From Salinivirgaceae bacterium (GTDB taxonomy: Bacteria; Bacteroidota; Bacteroidia; Bacteroidales; SZUA-534): a stretch of 64,000 nt of DNA. Shown piece after piece: positions 46,507 to 56,934 of the stretch; within the stretch, counting starts at the first letter, position 1; every line of letters starts with the position of its first letter. Location: NCBI GenBank assembly GCA_024405635.1, contig JAKSOL010000012.1, positions 1 through 64,000 on the forward strand, written 5' to 3'. A program made the position numbers and the translations under genes. The notes beneath the pieces are model-generated. The model made no database searches, had not been told where the DNA came from, and saw nothing but the letters and a program-made list of their open reading frames with translations.

Positions 46507-47385
46507 ATGAAATGTACAATTGAGAATCGTAATTTAAAGGCAAGTATAGTGAGCGAAGGCGCTGAACTTTGCTCAATAAAATCGCAAGCAACTGGAATAG
46601 AATATGTTTGGCAAGCCGATCCGTTGGTGTGGGGCAGTAGCGCACCAGTGTTGTTTCCTATTGTTGGTGGATTAAAAAACGGAAGTTTTACATACGGAGG
46701 AAAACAATATTCAATGCCGCGTCATGGAATTGTGCGCCGTAACGCTGATGTACACGTAGTTGAGCAAGAGAGCGACCGCATTACTTTTGAACTTCAAACA
46801 AACGAACGGTCATTGGCGCAATATCCGTTTAAGTTTACGTATAAAATAGGTTACCGTTTAAAAGACAACTCGCTAATTGTAACCACATCGGTCCGAAACG
46901 ATGACGACAACGATATTTTCTTTTCAATAGGCGCGCATCCTGCGTTTAATTGCCCTATTCATGCCGACCAGTCGTACTCCGATTATTATATCGATTTTGG
47001 CACAAAAGAAGATTTGCTATCGGAAACATTAAATGCCGATGCGCTAGTTAGTGGCAAAACTCGCACAGTGTCGCAAGGTTCGGGACGAATTAATTTGACC
47101 TATTCAACATTTGAGCACGATGCGTTGATGTTTAAGAACCTAAAATCGCGCAAGGCAACTCTTTGTAGCGAAAAATATGGTCCCGTTCTTTCGGTTGAAT
47201 ACGACGATTACAAATACATTGGAATTTGGGCTAAACCAAATGCCGATTTTGTGTGCATCGAACCTTGGTTAGGCATTGCCGATAGTTATAATACTGATGG
47301 TGATTTTACAAAAAAAGATGGCATTATTCGTCTTGAAAAGGGCGGCACATTCTCGGCAAAATACAGCATCAACATTTTAGGATAA
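46507..47385 (+). CDS. Aldose 1-epimerase family protein (LacX-like)
   Basis: GAELCS, APVLFPIVG, MPRHG, IGAHPAF, FVCIEPW. Confidence 0.9.
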   Translation: MKCTIENRNLKASIVSEGAELCSIKSQATGIEYVWQADPLVWGSSAPVLFPIVGGLKNGSFTYGGKQYSMPRHGIVRRNADVHVVEQESDRITFELQTNERSLAQYPFKFTYKIGYRLKDNSLIVTTSVRNDDDNDIFFSIGAHPAFNCPIHADQSYSDYYIDFGTKEDLLSETLNADALVSGKTRTVSQGSGRINLTYSTFEHDALMFKNLKSRKATLCSEKYGPVLSVEYDDYKYIGIWAKPNADFVCIEPWLGIADSYNTDGDFTKKDGIIRLEKGGTFSAKYSINILG

Positions 47386-47903
47386 TGGAGCAACAAGAAT
47401 TAAAGAAATACAAAATATTATTTGTGTGCTTGGGCAATATTTGTCGGTCGCCAAGTGCCGAGGCTGTAATGAAACATGTTGTTGAACAACGTGGCTTGTC
47501 GCATTTGTTTGAGATAGATTCGGCTGGTATTTTGAGCTATCACCAAGGTGAACCAGCCGATCAACGAATGCAGCAACATGCTCGCAAACGCGGTTTTGAA
47601 CTCACTAGCATTAGCCGGCCAGTTAAAACTGACGATTTTTGGCACTTTGACCTTATTATTGGAATGGACGACGGCAATATTCGTGACCTTTACATCCGTA
47701 CACCCGATGTTGAAAGTTCTCGAAAAGTGGTGCGTATGTCGCGCTTTTTCCGAACCGACCGCGGATATGATCACGTGCCCGATCCGTATTATGGTGGAGC
47801 CCAAGGTTTTGAGTTAGTGCTTGACATGTTGCAAGAGGCTTGCGAAGAGCTTGTAGATCAGTTGCTTGCCGACAATGGCGAGTTGATTGAAAAACGCGAT
47901 TGA
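47385..47903 (+). CDS. Low-molecular-weight protein-tyrosine phosphatase
   Basis: FVCLGNICRS P-loop, DSAG, VPDPYY. Confidence 0.95.
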   Translation: MEQQELKKYKILFVCLGNICRSPSAEAVMKHVVEQRGLSHLFEIDSAGILSYHQGEPADQRMQQHARKRGFELTSISRPVKTDDFWHFDLIIGMDDGNIRDLYIRTPDVESSRKVVRMSRFFRTDRGYDHVPDPYYGGAQGFELVLDMLQEACEELVDQLLADNGELIEKRD

Positions 47904-47967
47904 GTATAGTTACAACGGATTGAGAGCCAAAACAAATAGTTACTTTTGCCTATCGTTTTAAACATTT

Positions 47968-49185
47968 ATGCAGCGCTTATTTCTGTTATTGTTGTTGTGC
48001 TTTGTTGTTTTGGGCTGTGCCCGAACACACGATTCGGTAAAGATGCAACCCGAAGAAATAGAGGCTGTTGGGCTGACCGATAGCATAGGCATAGTTGCGC
48101 ATGATGTTGAAGCATGGCGCTCTTTTTTTCAAAAGTTGAAAAATGGAGCTGTAAATATTGTTCATATAGGCGATTCGCATTTGCAGGCCGATTTTTTTTC
48201 AGGGCATTTGCGCAAGCTGATTCATCAAAAATATGGCAGTAAGGTGTCGCCTCGAGGTTTTGTTTTTCCTTATGCAATGGCGTCAACAAACAATCCCACA
48301 AATTTTAGAGTTTCGTATTCGGGAAAGTGGGAGTCGAGTTCGGCGCTAAATAAACCAACCAAAGGTTTGGGAATGTCGGCCATTGAGGTTGCTACTTGCG
48401 ACTCATCGGCATCGTTTGGCATTAAGTTGTTGAGCGACAAAATGACCGAATACAAAACAACAAACGTTACTGTATATAGCAGAATTTCAGATACTGCGGT
48501 GCGTCCTGTTTTAGATTATCCAACCAATGCAAAACTTGTTGCAATTGACTCATGTTTAGGCACATACACGTGGAACTTTTCAAAACAAACCGATTCGGTA
48601 AGTTTTAAAATTATAACCGATTCGGTTCATTCTACGTTTTGCTTGCAAGGATTGCGATTCGGTTTGGAAGACGATAAAATAAACTACCACACCTTGGGCG
48701 TTAATGGGGCGCAAGTGGCGTCGTTCTTAAAGTGTAGCAGTTTTTCGCAGCAATTGTCAACGCTATTGTCAAATTTGATAATAGTGTCGTTAGGTACAAA
48801 CGACTCGTATGCACCCAGTTTTGATAGCGTGCTTTTTTGCCGACAAGTTACGCGGTTGGTAAGCAATATTCGCCGTGCCGCGCCCGATGCATTGTTGTTG
48901 TTTACTACGCCAAGTCATAACATTTACAAAAAGCAAAGCCTAAACCCTAACGCAGCACGTGCAGCTAAAACAATATGCGCTTTGGCAAGTGAGTTACAAT
49001 TCAGCGTGTGGGATTTTAATGCGCTGATGGGTGCACCAGAAAATTTTTACGAGTGGCAACAACTAGGTTTGGCTCTTAACGATGGCATTCATTTTAGTGC
49101 AAAAGGGTACCAATTTCAGGCCGAACTGCTTTTTTCGGCACTAGAAGAATTTGAAAAACAATTACAAACCGAACCCAAACAATGA
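47968..49185 (+). CDS. SGNH/GDSL lipoprotein (PatB/Ape-like O-acetyl transferase/esterase)
   Basis: Lipobox VLGC; HIGDSH, GVNGA, LGTND, DGIH. Confidence 0.85.
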   Translation: MQRLFLLLLLCFVVLGCARTHDSVKMQPEEIEAVGLTDSIGIVAHDVEAWRSFFQKLKNGAVNIVHIGDSHLQADFFSGHLRKLIHQKYGSKVSPRGFVFPYAMASTNNPTNFRVSYSGKWESSSALNKPTKGLGMSAIEVATCDSSASFGIKLLSDKMTEYKTTNVTVYSRISDTAVRPVLDYPTNAKLVAIDSCLGTYTWNFSKQTDSVSFKIITDSVHSTFCLQGLRFGLEDDKINYHTLGVNGAQVASFLKCSSFSQQLSTLLSNLIIVSLGTNDSYAPSFDSVLFCRQVTRLVSNIRRAAPDALLLFTTPSHNIYKKQSLNPNAARAAKTICALASELQFSVWDFNALMGAPENFYEWQQLGLALNDGIHFSAKGYQFQAELLFSALEEFEKQLQTEPKQ

Positions 49186-50675
49186 TTGATATACTGACAT
49201 ATTCGCCCGACAAACCGTTGTTGTTTACTCAGCTATCGTTTTGGATTTTCTTTTTTGTGGTTTTTGTAGGTTTTGGGCTCACTCACAAAAAGATAGCAGT
49301 GCGCAACATGTGGTTGTTTGCCGTAAGCGTGTTTTTCTACTACAAGTTGAGCGGTTGGTTTTTTGTGTTGGTGCTCATGTCGGTGGTGGTAAACTTTTTT
49401 ATAGGTGGGCATATTTCAAAATTAAAGTCAGAAAAAAAGCGAAAAGGTTGGTTAGCTGCGGCAGTTGTTTACAATCTGCTTTGGTTGGTGTACTATAAAT
49501 ATGCTTATCTGTTTGCCGATTGGACTAACCAAATATTTGGAACACAAATAATTGTACACGATTGGCTTGGCGATGCCTTGTGTGCTATTGGTAGTGGAAA
49601 AATGTCGTTTACCGATATTATGCTACCTGTGGGAATATCGTTTTATACTTTTCAGGCAATAAGTTATTGTGTTGACATTTACCGAAAACACATTGAACCG
49701 CTGAATAGTATTGTCGATTTTGGTTTTTACATAACATTTTTCCCACAATTAGTGGCAGGCCCAATTGTTCGAGCATCGTCGTTTATTCCGCAGATAGAAA
49801 GGCCGTTTGTGCTCGATAGTGCCGAGTTTGGTCAAGGTTTGTTCCTTATTTTAAATGGTCTGATAAAGAAAATAGTGATAGCCGACTACATATCGGTAAA
49901 TTTTGTTGATAGAGTTTTTGACTCACCGCTTTCATATTCGGGTTTCGAAAATCTGATGGGCGTTTATGGTTATGCTATTCAAATTTATTGCGATTTTTCG
50001 GGCTATACCGACATTGCCATTGGCTTGGCCTTGCTTATGGGGTTTCATCTTAGTCCAAACTTTGCATCGCCATACAAGGCTAACAACTTTACCGATTTTT
50101 GGCGTCGTTGGCACATTTCGTTGTCAAGTTGGTTGCGCGACTATTTGTACATTCCACTTGGTGGCAACAGAAAAGGCCGCATGCGCACTTATATAAATTT
50201 GGTAATTGTTATGGTGCTTGGCGGTTTGTGGCATGGTGCTAACCTCAAATTTATTGTTTGGGGCGTGTTGCATGGTTTGTATTTGGCAATCGATAAGCTG
50301 GTTGATGCAGTTTTTCGTATGCCAAAACAAATGAAGTGGTTTGCAGTGTTGGTTACGTTTAACGTTACAGCATTTACTTGGATTGTGTTTAGGGCAGGCA
50401 GCATGGCCGATGCTTTAACCATGCTGACACAAATATTTAGCAACACACACTTTGAGCAAATAATGCCAGTACTTTCGGCTTATCGAAATGTGTTTGTTTT
50501 GGTGCTATTGGCGTACGTTGTTCATTGGTTGCCCGAAGAGTTTAAAGATTGGTATCGTGGAAAATTTGCAACTGCTCCATTGTTGATTCAAGGTTTAATT
50601 GTGATGGTAGTGGTTTTTGTTTTGGTTCAATTCCGTACCACAGGTCTTCAGCCTTTCATTTATTTCCAATTTTAG
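49182..50675 (+). CDS. MBOAT family O-acyltransferase (AlgI/PatA-like)
   Basis: LPVGISFYTFQ, FFPQLVAGPI, DFSGYTD, FWRRWHISLSSW, GLWHGA, FIYFQF. Confidence 0.95.
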   Translation: MIDILTYSPDKPLLFTQLSFWIFFFVVFVGFGLTHKKIAVRNMWLFAVSVFFYYKLSGWFFVLVLMSVVVNFFIGGHISKLKSEKKRKGWLAAAVVYNLLWLVYYKYAYLFADWTNQIFGTQIIVHDWLGDALCAIGSGKMSFTDIMLPVGISFYTFQAISYCVDIYRKHIEPLNSIVDFGFYITFFPQLVAGPIVRASSFIPQIERPFVLDSAEFGQGLFLILNGLIKKIVIADYISVNFVDRVFDSPLSYSGFENLMGVYGYAIQIYCDFSGYTDIAIGLALLMGFHLSPNFASPYKANNFTDFWRRWHISLSSWLRDYLYIPLGGNRKGRMRTYINLVIVMVLGGLWHGANLKFIVWGVLHGLYLAIDKLVDAVFRMPKQMKWFAVLVTFNVTAFTWIVFRAGSMADALTMLTQIFSNTHFEQIMPVLSAYRNVFVLVLLAYVVHWLPEEFKDWYRGKFATAPLLIQGLIVMVVVFVLVQFRTTGLQPFIYFQF

Positions 50676-50832
50676 TGCAATAAATGGCATTCTGCCTTGC
50701 TTTGTTACATAAACAGAGTTAAATGGAATAAATCAAAAGACTCTTTTTCGGTATTAGAGAAATTTGAAATAGAGCAAAAGATGTCTTTTGCGCAGATGTT
50801 GCACATTTGGTTTGTGAAAACTTTATTGAAAA

Positions 50833-53685
50833 ATGAAAAGAATAATAATCCCAATTATTTGTGCATTATCGTTTGCAAGTTGCCAATCTGAGCAGCAAAC
50901 CCAAGCCGTAGCACCAATAACCTTTAGTAGGTCGGCGAGCCAATTTAATTTGGTTGACCGAAACAAAACCATCTCCGTGTTGATTGATACTGCCGATTAT
51001 GCAGGCATTGTCGATGTGGCAAAGTGGTTTGCTACCGACTTAAATAAAATTGCACAAAATGAAGTAGCTGCAGTGACAAATCAAAAAAACAACTCAGCCA
51101 ATCAGCTTGTTATTGTTGGAACTTTAGGCAAAAACGCTTTGATCGATAGTCTTGTTGCTGTTGGTTGCATTGATGTAAAAGATGTAGCAGGCCAGTGGGA
51201 AGCTGCAGTGCTGCAAGTGATTGACAATCCGTTTAATAAATCGCAAAAGGCATTAGCAATAGTTGGAGCCGATAAGCGAGGCACAATGTATGGTATGCTA
51301 GAACTATCGCGCCGTGCAGGAGTGTCGCCTTGGTATTATTGGGCCGATGTGCCAGTTCAAACTCACAAGTTTGTGGGCATAAGCGATGCTCGCTATGTTG
51401 TTGAATCGCCAAAAGTTAAATATCGTGGCATATTCTTAAACGACGAAGAGCCTTGCCTTGGACGTTGGGCAGTGAACAACTTTGGAGGTTTTACACACGA
51501 ATTTTACCAAACAGTGTTTGAACTATTGCTACGCCAACACGCAAACTTTATGTGGCCAGCCATGTGGTGGGCAGCATTTAACTCCGACGACTCAGCAAAT
51601 GCTGAATTGGCCGACCGTTTGGGCATCGTTATGAGCACTAGTCACCACGAACCAATGAACCGTGCTCACGCCGAATGGCGCGCTCGCAAAGACCATGGCG
51701 ATTGGAATTACAACACCAATGCTCAAGAATTGCGCGACTTTTGGGCCGAAGGCATTCGCACAATGGGCAACCGCGAAACCGTTGTTACGCTTGCCATGCG
51801 TGGCGATGGCGACGAGGCAATGGAAGAAGGCACAAACATTGCCTTGCTTGAGCGCATTGTGGCCGACCAACGTGCAATAATTGAAAAAGAAACAGGTAAA
51901 CCAGCTTCCGAAACTCCTCAAGTTTGGGCGCTTTACAAAGAGGTTCAAGAATACTACGACCGCGGAATGAAAGTGCCTGAGGATGTTATTCTAATGCTTT
52001 GCGACGATAACTGGGGAAACATTCGTCGTTTGCCCGACCCTGCAAAACCAAAACAACCAGGCGGTTACGGTATGTACTATCATTTTGACTACGTGGGTGG
52101 CCCTCGAAACTACAAATGGGTGAATACCAATACAATTCAGCACACTTGGGAACAAATGCGACTTTGCTGGCAATATGGAGTAGATAAAATTTGGTTGGTA
52201 AACGTAGGCGACCTTAAACCTATGGAGTTGCCCATTTCGTTTTTTTTAGATTACGCATATAATCCCGATGCTATTGGCACACAAGAACTTGCACAATACA
52301 CAAAACGTTGGGTTGCCGAGCAATTTGGTAACGCCTTTGCAAGCGAAATTGCCGACATGATAACTCTTTACACTCGCTACAATGCCCGTTGTAAACCCGA
52401 AATGCTGAAACAATACACGTATAACTTGCTAAACTATCGCGAGTTTGAAACAGTAACTAACGACTATAAGAAACTTGAAGAACGTGCGCGTATTTTAATG
52501 ATGGATTTGCCTTACAATCAGGTAGATGCCTACATTCAGCTTGTATATCATCCAATAGCAGCTTGTGCAAACATGTACGACATGTATTACCACACTGCAC
52601 TAAATCAACTTTACGAGCGACAAGGCCGTGCTGCAACAAATAGCACAGCAGCCAAAGTTGCCGATTTGTTTAACCGCGATAAAGACTTTACTCACATGTA
52701 CCACTCGTGTGCGAATAGCAAGTGGAACATGATGATGTCGCAAACACACATAAGCTATGTTATTTGGCAGCAACCCGACGAGGATGTTGCTCCTCGCACA
52801 AAAACAATTGAACTAGAAGATAAATCGGCTCCATTCCTTGCTGTCGAAGGTCGCGATTCGGTTTATGGCGATGGTTGCCAAGTTTTGCTGCCAACTTTCG
52901 ATTCGTATAACAAGCAAACCACTTTCTTTGAGATATTTAACCAAGGAAGCAAGCCTTTTAATTTTAGCATTAGCAATGCAAACAAGGTGTTAACCTTTAG
53001 TAAAACAAGCGGCAATGTGATTGAGCAACAACGTGTTGACCTTAGTATTAATTGGTCAAGTTTAGCTGAAGGAACCTCAAATTTGAATTTTACTATCAAT
53101 GCCGATAAAAAGACATTTAATGTAACCGTAATAGCAAAGAAATTTGCACAACAGCAACCTTGCAAATTCGTTGAAAACAATGGTGCGCTTGGTTTTGATG
53201 CTACTGATTTTACTCGCAAAACTGGCGATAAATGGTACATTATTCCTGAATGTGGACGATTTGGAAGTTCGGTGTCGTTTGACAGCGTTGCGCTTGAAAA
53301 CAACAATTTCACAACTAGCACACCATGCCTTGAGTACGATTTTTATGTAACAAGCGAACCAACCGATAGCTCGGAAATAACTATCTACACCGACCCAACC
53401 ATCGATTTCTTAGCTCGCGACTTGCATGTTGCCGTTTCAATCGACGACCAACAACCTCAAGTTAAATCAATTCATTGGAACAAAGCAATTGATTGGGGTA
53501 TTGAGCGTAAAGGATGGTCGCAAAGCGTATCGTTTAACTGCTATAGAACCAAATCGAAACATAAAATAGGAGCAGGTAAGCATACTCTTAAGCTATGGCT
53601 AACAGAGTCGGCCGTGGTGTACGAGCAAATTGAAATTGACCTTGGCGGTTTAAAACCTACGCGATTAGGCCTTCGCCAACAATAG
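50833..53685 (+). CDS. Glycoside hydrolase family 115 (alpha-glucuronidase-like) lipoprotein
   Basis: Lipobox FASC; GVSPWYYWADVP, YRGIFLNDE, WPAMW, SHHEPM, MRGDGD, DDNWG, YYHFDYVG, NVGDLKP. Confidence 0.92.
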   Translation: MKRIIIPIICALSFASCQSEQQTQAVAPITFSRSASQFNLVDRNKTISVLIDTADYAGIVDVAKWFATDLNKIAQNEVAAVTNQKNNSANQLVIVGTLGKNALIDSLVAVGCIDVKDVAGQWEAAVLQVIDNPFNKSQKALAIVGADKRGTMYGMLELSRRAGVSPWYYWADVPVQTHKFVGISDARYVVESPKVKYRGIFLNDEEPCLGRWAVNNFGGFTHEFYQTVFELLLRQHANFMWPAMWWAAFNSDDSANAELADRLGIVMSTSHHEPMNRAHAEWRARKDHGDWNYNTNAQELRDFWAEGIRTMGNRETVVTLAMRGDGDEAMEEGTNIALLERIVADQRAIIEKETGKPASETPQVWALYKEVQEYYDRGMKVPEDVILMLCDDNWGNIRRLPDPAKPKQPGGYGMYYHFDYVGGPRNYKWVNTNTIQHTWEQMRLCWQYGVDKIWLVNVGDLKPMELPISFFLDYAYNPDAIGTQELAQYTKRWVAEQFGNAFASEIADMITLYTRYNARCKPEMLKQYTYNLLNYREFETVTNDYKKLEERARILMMDLPYNQVDAYIQLVYHPIAACANMYDMYYHTALNQLYERQGRAATNSTAAKVADLFNRDKDFTHMYHSCANSKWNMMMSQTHISYVIWQQPDEDVAPRTKTIELEDKSAPFLAVEGRDSVYGDGCQVLLPTFDSYNKQTTFFEIFNQGSKPFNFSISNANKVLTFSKTSGNVIEQQRVDLSINWSSLAEGTSNLNFTINADKKTFNVTVIAKKFAQQQPCKFVENNGALGFDATDFTRKTGDKWYIIPECGRFGSSVSFDSVALENNNFTTSTPCLEYDFYVTSEPTDSSEITIYTDPTIDFLARDLHVAVSIDDQQPQVKSIHWNKAIDWGIERKGWSQSVSFNCYRTKSKHKIGAGKHTLKLWLTESAVVYEQIEIDLGGLKPTRLGLRQQ

Positions 53686-53702
53686 TAATTGTTGTTACAA
53701 AC

Positions 53703-53744
53703 AAAAAAGTCCGCATCTTGGCAATGCTGAGTGCGGACTTTTTT
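53703..53744 (+). terminator. Intrinsic terminator
   Basis: aaaaaagtccgca...tgcggactttttt. Confidence 0.8.
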
Positions 53745-53854
53745 GTGTTCTGCTTAATCTGAAAAATGGTGCATATCTTCTTAAAAAAATGAACGAGCAC
53801 CAATCGTTGTAATCTCTATTTTGCGAACGGCAAAACAAAAAAATTCGCACTGAT

Positions 53855-55033
53855 ATGAAAATTGGAACAATTAATACTCCTGCCGGGAAAAAGGCCTTGT
53901 TATGCGGCTCGGGTGAGTTAGGAAAAGAGGTAACTCTTGAATTGCAACGTTATGGTGTTCAGGTTATTGCAGTTGATAAATACGCAAACGCACCAGCAAT
54001 GCAAGTAGCGCACAAATCGTATGTCATTTCAATGCTCGATGGCGAAAAACTACGTGCAATTATTACACTCGAAAAGCCCGACTACATAATTCCAGAGGTT
54101 GAGGCTATTGCTACACAAACATTGGTTGAACTTGAAAAAGAAGGCTACAATGTTATTCCCACCGCGCGTGCAACTTTTCTTACCATGAACCGTGAGGGAA
54201 TACGCCGTTTGGCTGCCGAAGAACTTGGTCTTAAAACCTCGCCTTATCGTTTTGCTTCAAACTACGATGAGTTTGTGGCTGCTGTAAAAGAGATTGGCAC
54301 ACCATGCGTTGTTAAACCTATTATGAGTTCGTCGGGTCACGGACAAAGTGTGGTTAAAACCGAGGCCGATATTGACAACTCGTGGCAAATAGCGCAAGAG
54401 GGTGGTCGTGCAGGAGCAGGCAAAGTTATTGTTGAGGGTTTTGTCGATTTCGATTACGAAATTACTATGCTAACAGTTCGTCACATTGGAGGAACAAGTT
54501 TCCTTGAACCTGTTGGTCACTGGCAAAAAGATGGCGATTATCAAGAATCGTGGCAACCACAACCAATGTCGAGCGTAGCTATTGATAAAGCGCACGAAAT
54601 TGCCGAAAAAATAACCACAGCGTTGGGCGGTAGAGGCTTGTTTGGTGTTGAGTTGTTCATTAAGGGCGACGAGGTTATTTTCAGCGAAGTGTCGCCACGT
54701 CCACACGACACCGGCATGGTTACAATGATTTCGCAAGATCTTTCAGAATTCTCGCTTCACGTTCGTGCAATTTTAGGTTTGCCTATCCCAAACATTGCAT
54801 TCCATGGACCATCGGCATCAAAAGCTGTTGTTGTTCACGGCGATAGCGATAATGTTGCTTTTGATAATCTAGAGCAAGTTTTGGCTATACCAGACACTCA
54901 AATGCGCATTTTTGGTAAGCCAGAAGTTCACGAGCATCGCCGCATGGCTGTTTTGCTTGCTCGTGGCGAATCGGTTGACGATGCTAAAGAAAAAGTGCGT
55001 AAAATGTACGAAATGCTTAAGGTGGAAAAATAG
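53855..55033 (+). CDS. purT: Formate-dependent phosphoribosylglycinamide formyltransferase
   Basis: [44 protein letters not shown]. Confidence 0.97.
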   Translation: MKIGTINTPAGKKALLCGSGELGKEVTLELQRYGVQVIAVDKYANAPAMQVAHKSYVISMLDGEKLRAIITLEKPDYIIPEVEAIATQTLVELEKEGYNVIPTARATFLTMNREGIRRLAAEELGLKTSPYRFASNYDEFVAAVKEIGTPCVVKPIMSSSGHGQSVVKTEADIDNSWQIAQEGGRAGAGKVIVEGFVDFDYEITMLTVRHIGGTSFLEPVGHWQKDGDYQESWQPQPMSSVAIDKAHEIAEKITTALGGRGLFGVELFIKGDEVIFSEVSPRPHDTGMVTMISQDLSEFSLHVRAILGLPIPNIAFHGPSASKAVVVHGDSDNVAFDNLEQVLAIPDTQMRIFGKPEVHEHRRMAVLLARGESVDDAKEKVRKMYEMLKVEK

Positions 55034-55054
55034 AAACACATTGTTGTTTTAAAT

Positions 55055-55091
55055 AAAACGGGTTTCGCTTTTTAACGAAATCCGTTTTTTT
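55055..55091 (+). terminator. Intrinsic terminator
   Basis: aaaacgggtttcg...cgaaatccgttttttt. Confidence 0.75.
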
Positions 55092-55163
55092 ATTGCCAAA
55101 ATCAATCGTTTGGCGCAATTTTTTGATAAGTCTAGCTTCAGTTTTACAATAACTTAATTAACA

Positions 55164-56553
55164 ATGAAAAAAAACTCTATTTACTTTAACAATGGCATTG
55201 TTATGTACCGCAGCTATGGCTAGTGGCTATGTAACCAACACAAATCAAAGCGTACAGTTTATTCGTACAGCTTCGCGTAATGCATCGCTCGATGTTGATG
55301 CAGCATACTTTAACCCAGCAGCTGCAGCTCTTATAGATGATGGCTTTAAACTTCAATACGGTCATCAGGTTATAATACAAAAACGCACAGCAACCGATGA
55401 TTTGGTTTTGCTTAGTCGTCACGAATTTGAGGGAAAAGTGTTTGTGCCTGCTTATCCAACTATTGATGCCATATATAAGAAAAACAAGTTGGCTTTTTCG
55501 TTTCACTTTGGTCCAATGGGCGGCGGCGGTAGTGCCGATTACGAAAATGGTTTAGCATCATTTGAGCGTATGTTTTGTGCTATTCCAACATCAGTTAGTC
55601 AAGTTGGAGCCGCAATGGGAGTAGGTTGCGATAAATACTCAGTTGACATCAATTTTAGCGGTGGCGCAATAATTTATGCAGGACAAATAGGTGCCGCATA
55701 CTCAATTATTGACAACCTTTCGGTTGGTATTGGAGCGCGTTTGGCTTATCAAAAAAATAAATATGAGGGTTCAATCAAAAACGTTATGATTAATCCTAAA
55801 GGTTTGATGTTTGATGGATCTATGATTTCAGCATCGGAATTCTTCCAAGGCTTAGCTGCAATGCCTATGCTTGAACCTATGAAACCAACTTTGTTATACT
55901 ATGCAGCGGCAACTGCAGGTATGGAAGTTGATGCTACCCAAAGTGGTTTGGGCATTACTCCAATTTTGAGCATCGACTATAAACTTGGCGACAAATTCAA
56001 TTTTGCTGCCCGATACGAGTTCAACACAAAACTTGAGTTAACCAACAAGTCAGATGCTGGCAAAGATGCTGGTGGTATGTTTAAAAACGATTCTACATTC
56101 CGTAAAGACATTCCTGGAATTTTGTCGTTGGGTGTTAGCTACAACATTTTGCCAAACTTACGCACAATGTTGTCTTACACACTATACTTTGACAAGCAAG
56201 CCAACTTTAATGGAAAAGAAAATTTGTTTGATGGCAACACAATGGATGTTGCTTTGGGTGTTGAATTCGATGTAACCAACATGTTGACTTTGAGTTGTGG
56301 TTACACTCGCACTCAAACAGGAGCAACAGCAGAGTTCCAGTCAGACATTGATTTTGCTCTTAGTTCAAACTCGTTTGGTTTGGGTGGAAAAGTGAAAGTA
56401 AACGACAAACTTGACGTTGATTTTGGTTTTATGGCTGCGGTGTGCGAAAAGATGAAGAAAAAATCGGTTGACACTACAACAGGGTTAGAGCATACCGAAT
56501 CGTTTATGCGTGTAAACAAAATGATTTCTGCAGGAATAAGTTATCGCTTCTAA
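55164..56553 (+). CDS. FadL/OmpP1-family outer-membrane channel; 5' end frameshifted in an A8 tract as given (open frame from 55192)
   Basis: TNTNQS...DAAYFNPA hatch motif and C-terminal ISYRF. The ATG at 55164 plus A7 would give the full signal MKKTLFTLTMALLCTAAMA. Confidence 0.8.
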
Positions 56554-56675
56554 ACCATTTATAATTTGCTACTCAAGGGCTCGCAGCGCAAGTTGCGGGC
56601 CTATTTTTTTGTTTGTCAAAACCGATGTGCGATAAGCAAAAAAAAGAAGACCAACTTTTGGTTAGCCTTCTTTTG

Positions 56676-56748
56676 TGAATCCGGTGGGGATCGAACCCAC
56701 GACCCACAGATTAAGAGTCTGTTGCTCTACCAACTGAGCTACGAATCC
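56676..56748 (-). tRNA. tRNA-Lys (CTT)
   Basis: Minus strand GGATTCGTAGCTCAGTTGGTAGAGCAACAGACTCTTAATCTGTGGGTCGTGGGTTCGATCCCCACCGGATTCA. Anticodon CTT; CCA not encoded. Confidence 0.96.
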
Positions 56749-56869
56749 GTGCCGCAAATGTACAAAAAACTCGTTTCGCAGGCATTGGCGTTCCCTTTTT
56801 TTAGAAAAAAGTTGCTATGCTAATTTATCTTGCTGATTGTTAAATAGATAAACATTGATTCTGCTTAAT

Positions 56870-56902
56870 AAAAAAAGGGAACCATAATTGTGTTCCCTTT
56901 TT
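56870..56902 (-). terminator. Intrinsic terminator after the S9 peptidase
   Basis: aaaaaagggaac...gttcccttttt. Confidence 0.7.
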
Positions 56903-56934
56903 ATAGCTTGCGGTAAAAGTCAAAATGTAAGGTT

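Noticed and set aside
32849-56748. tRNA-His or tRNA-Lys as integration sites for an island
   Set aside because: No integrase, no duplicated tRNA 3' end noticed, and the flanking genes are housekeeping.
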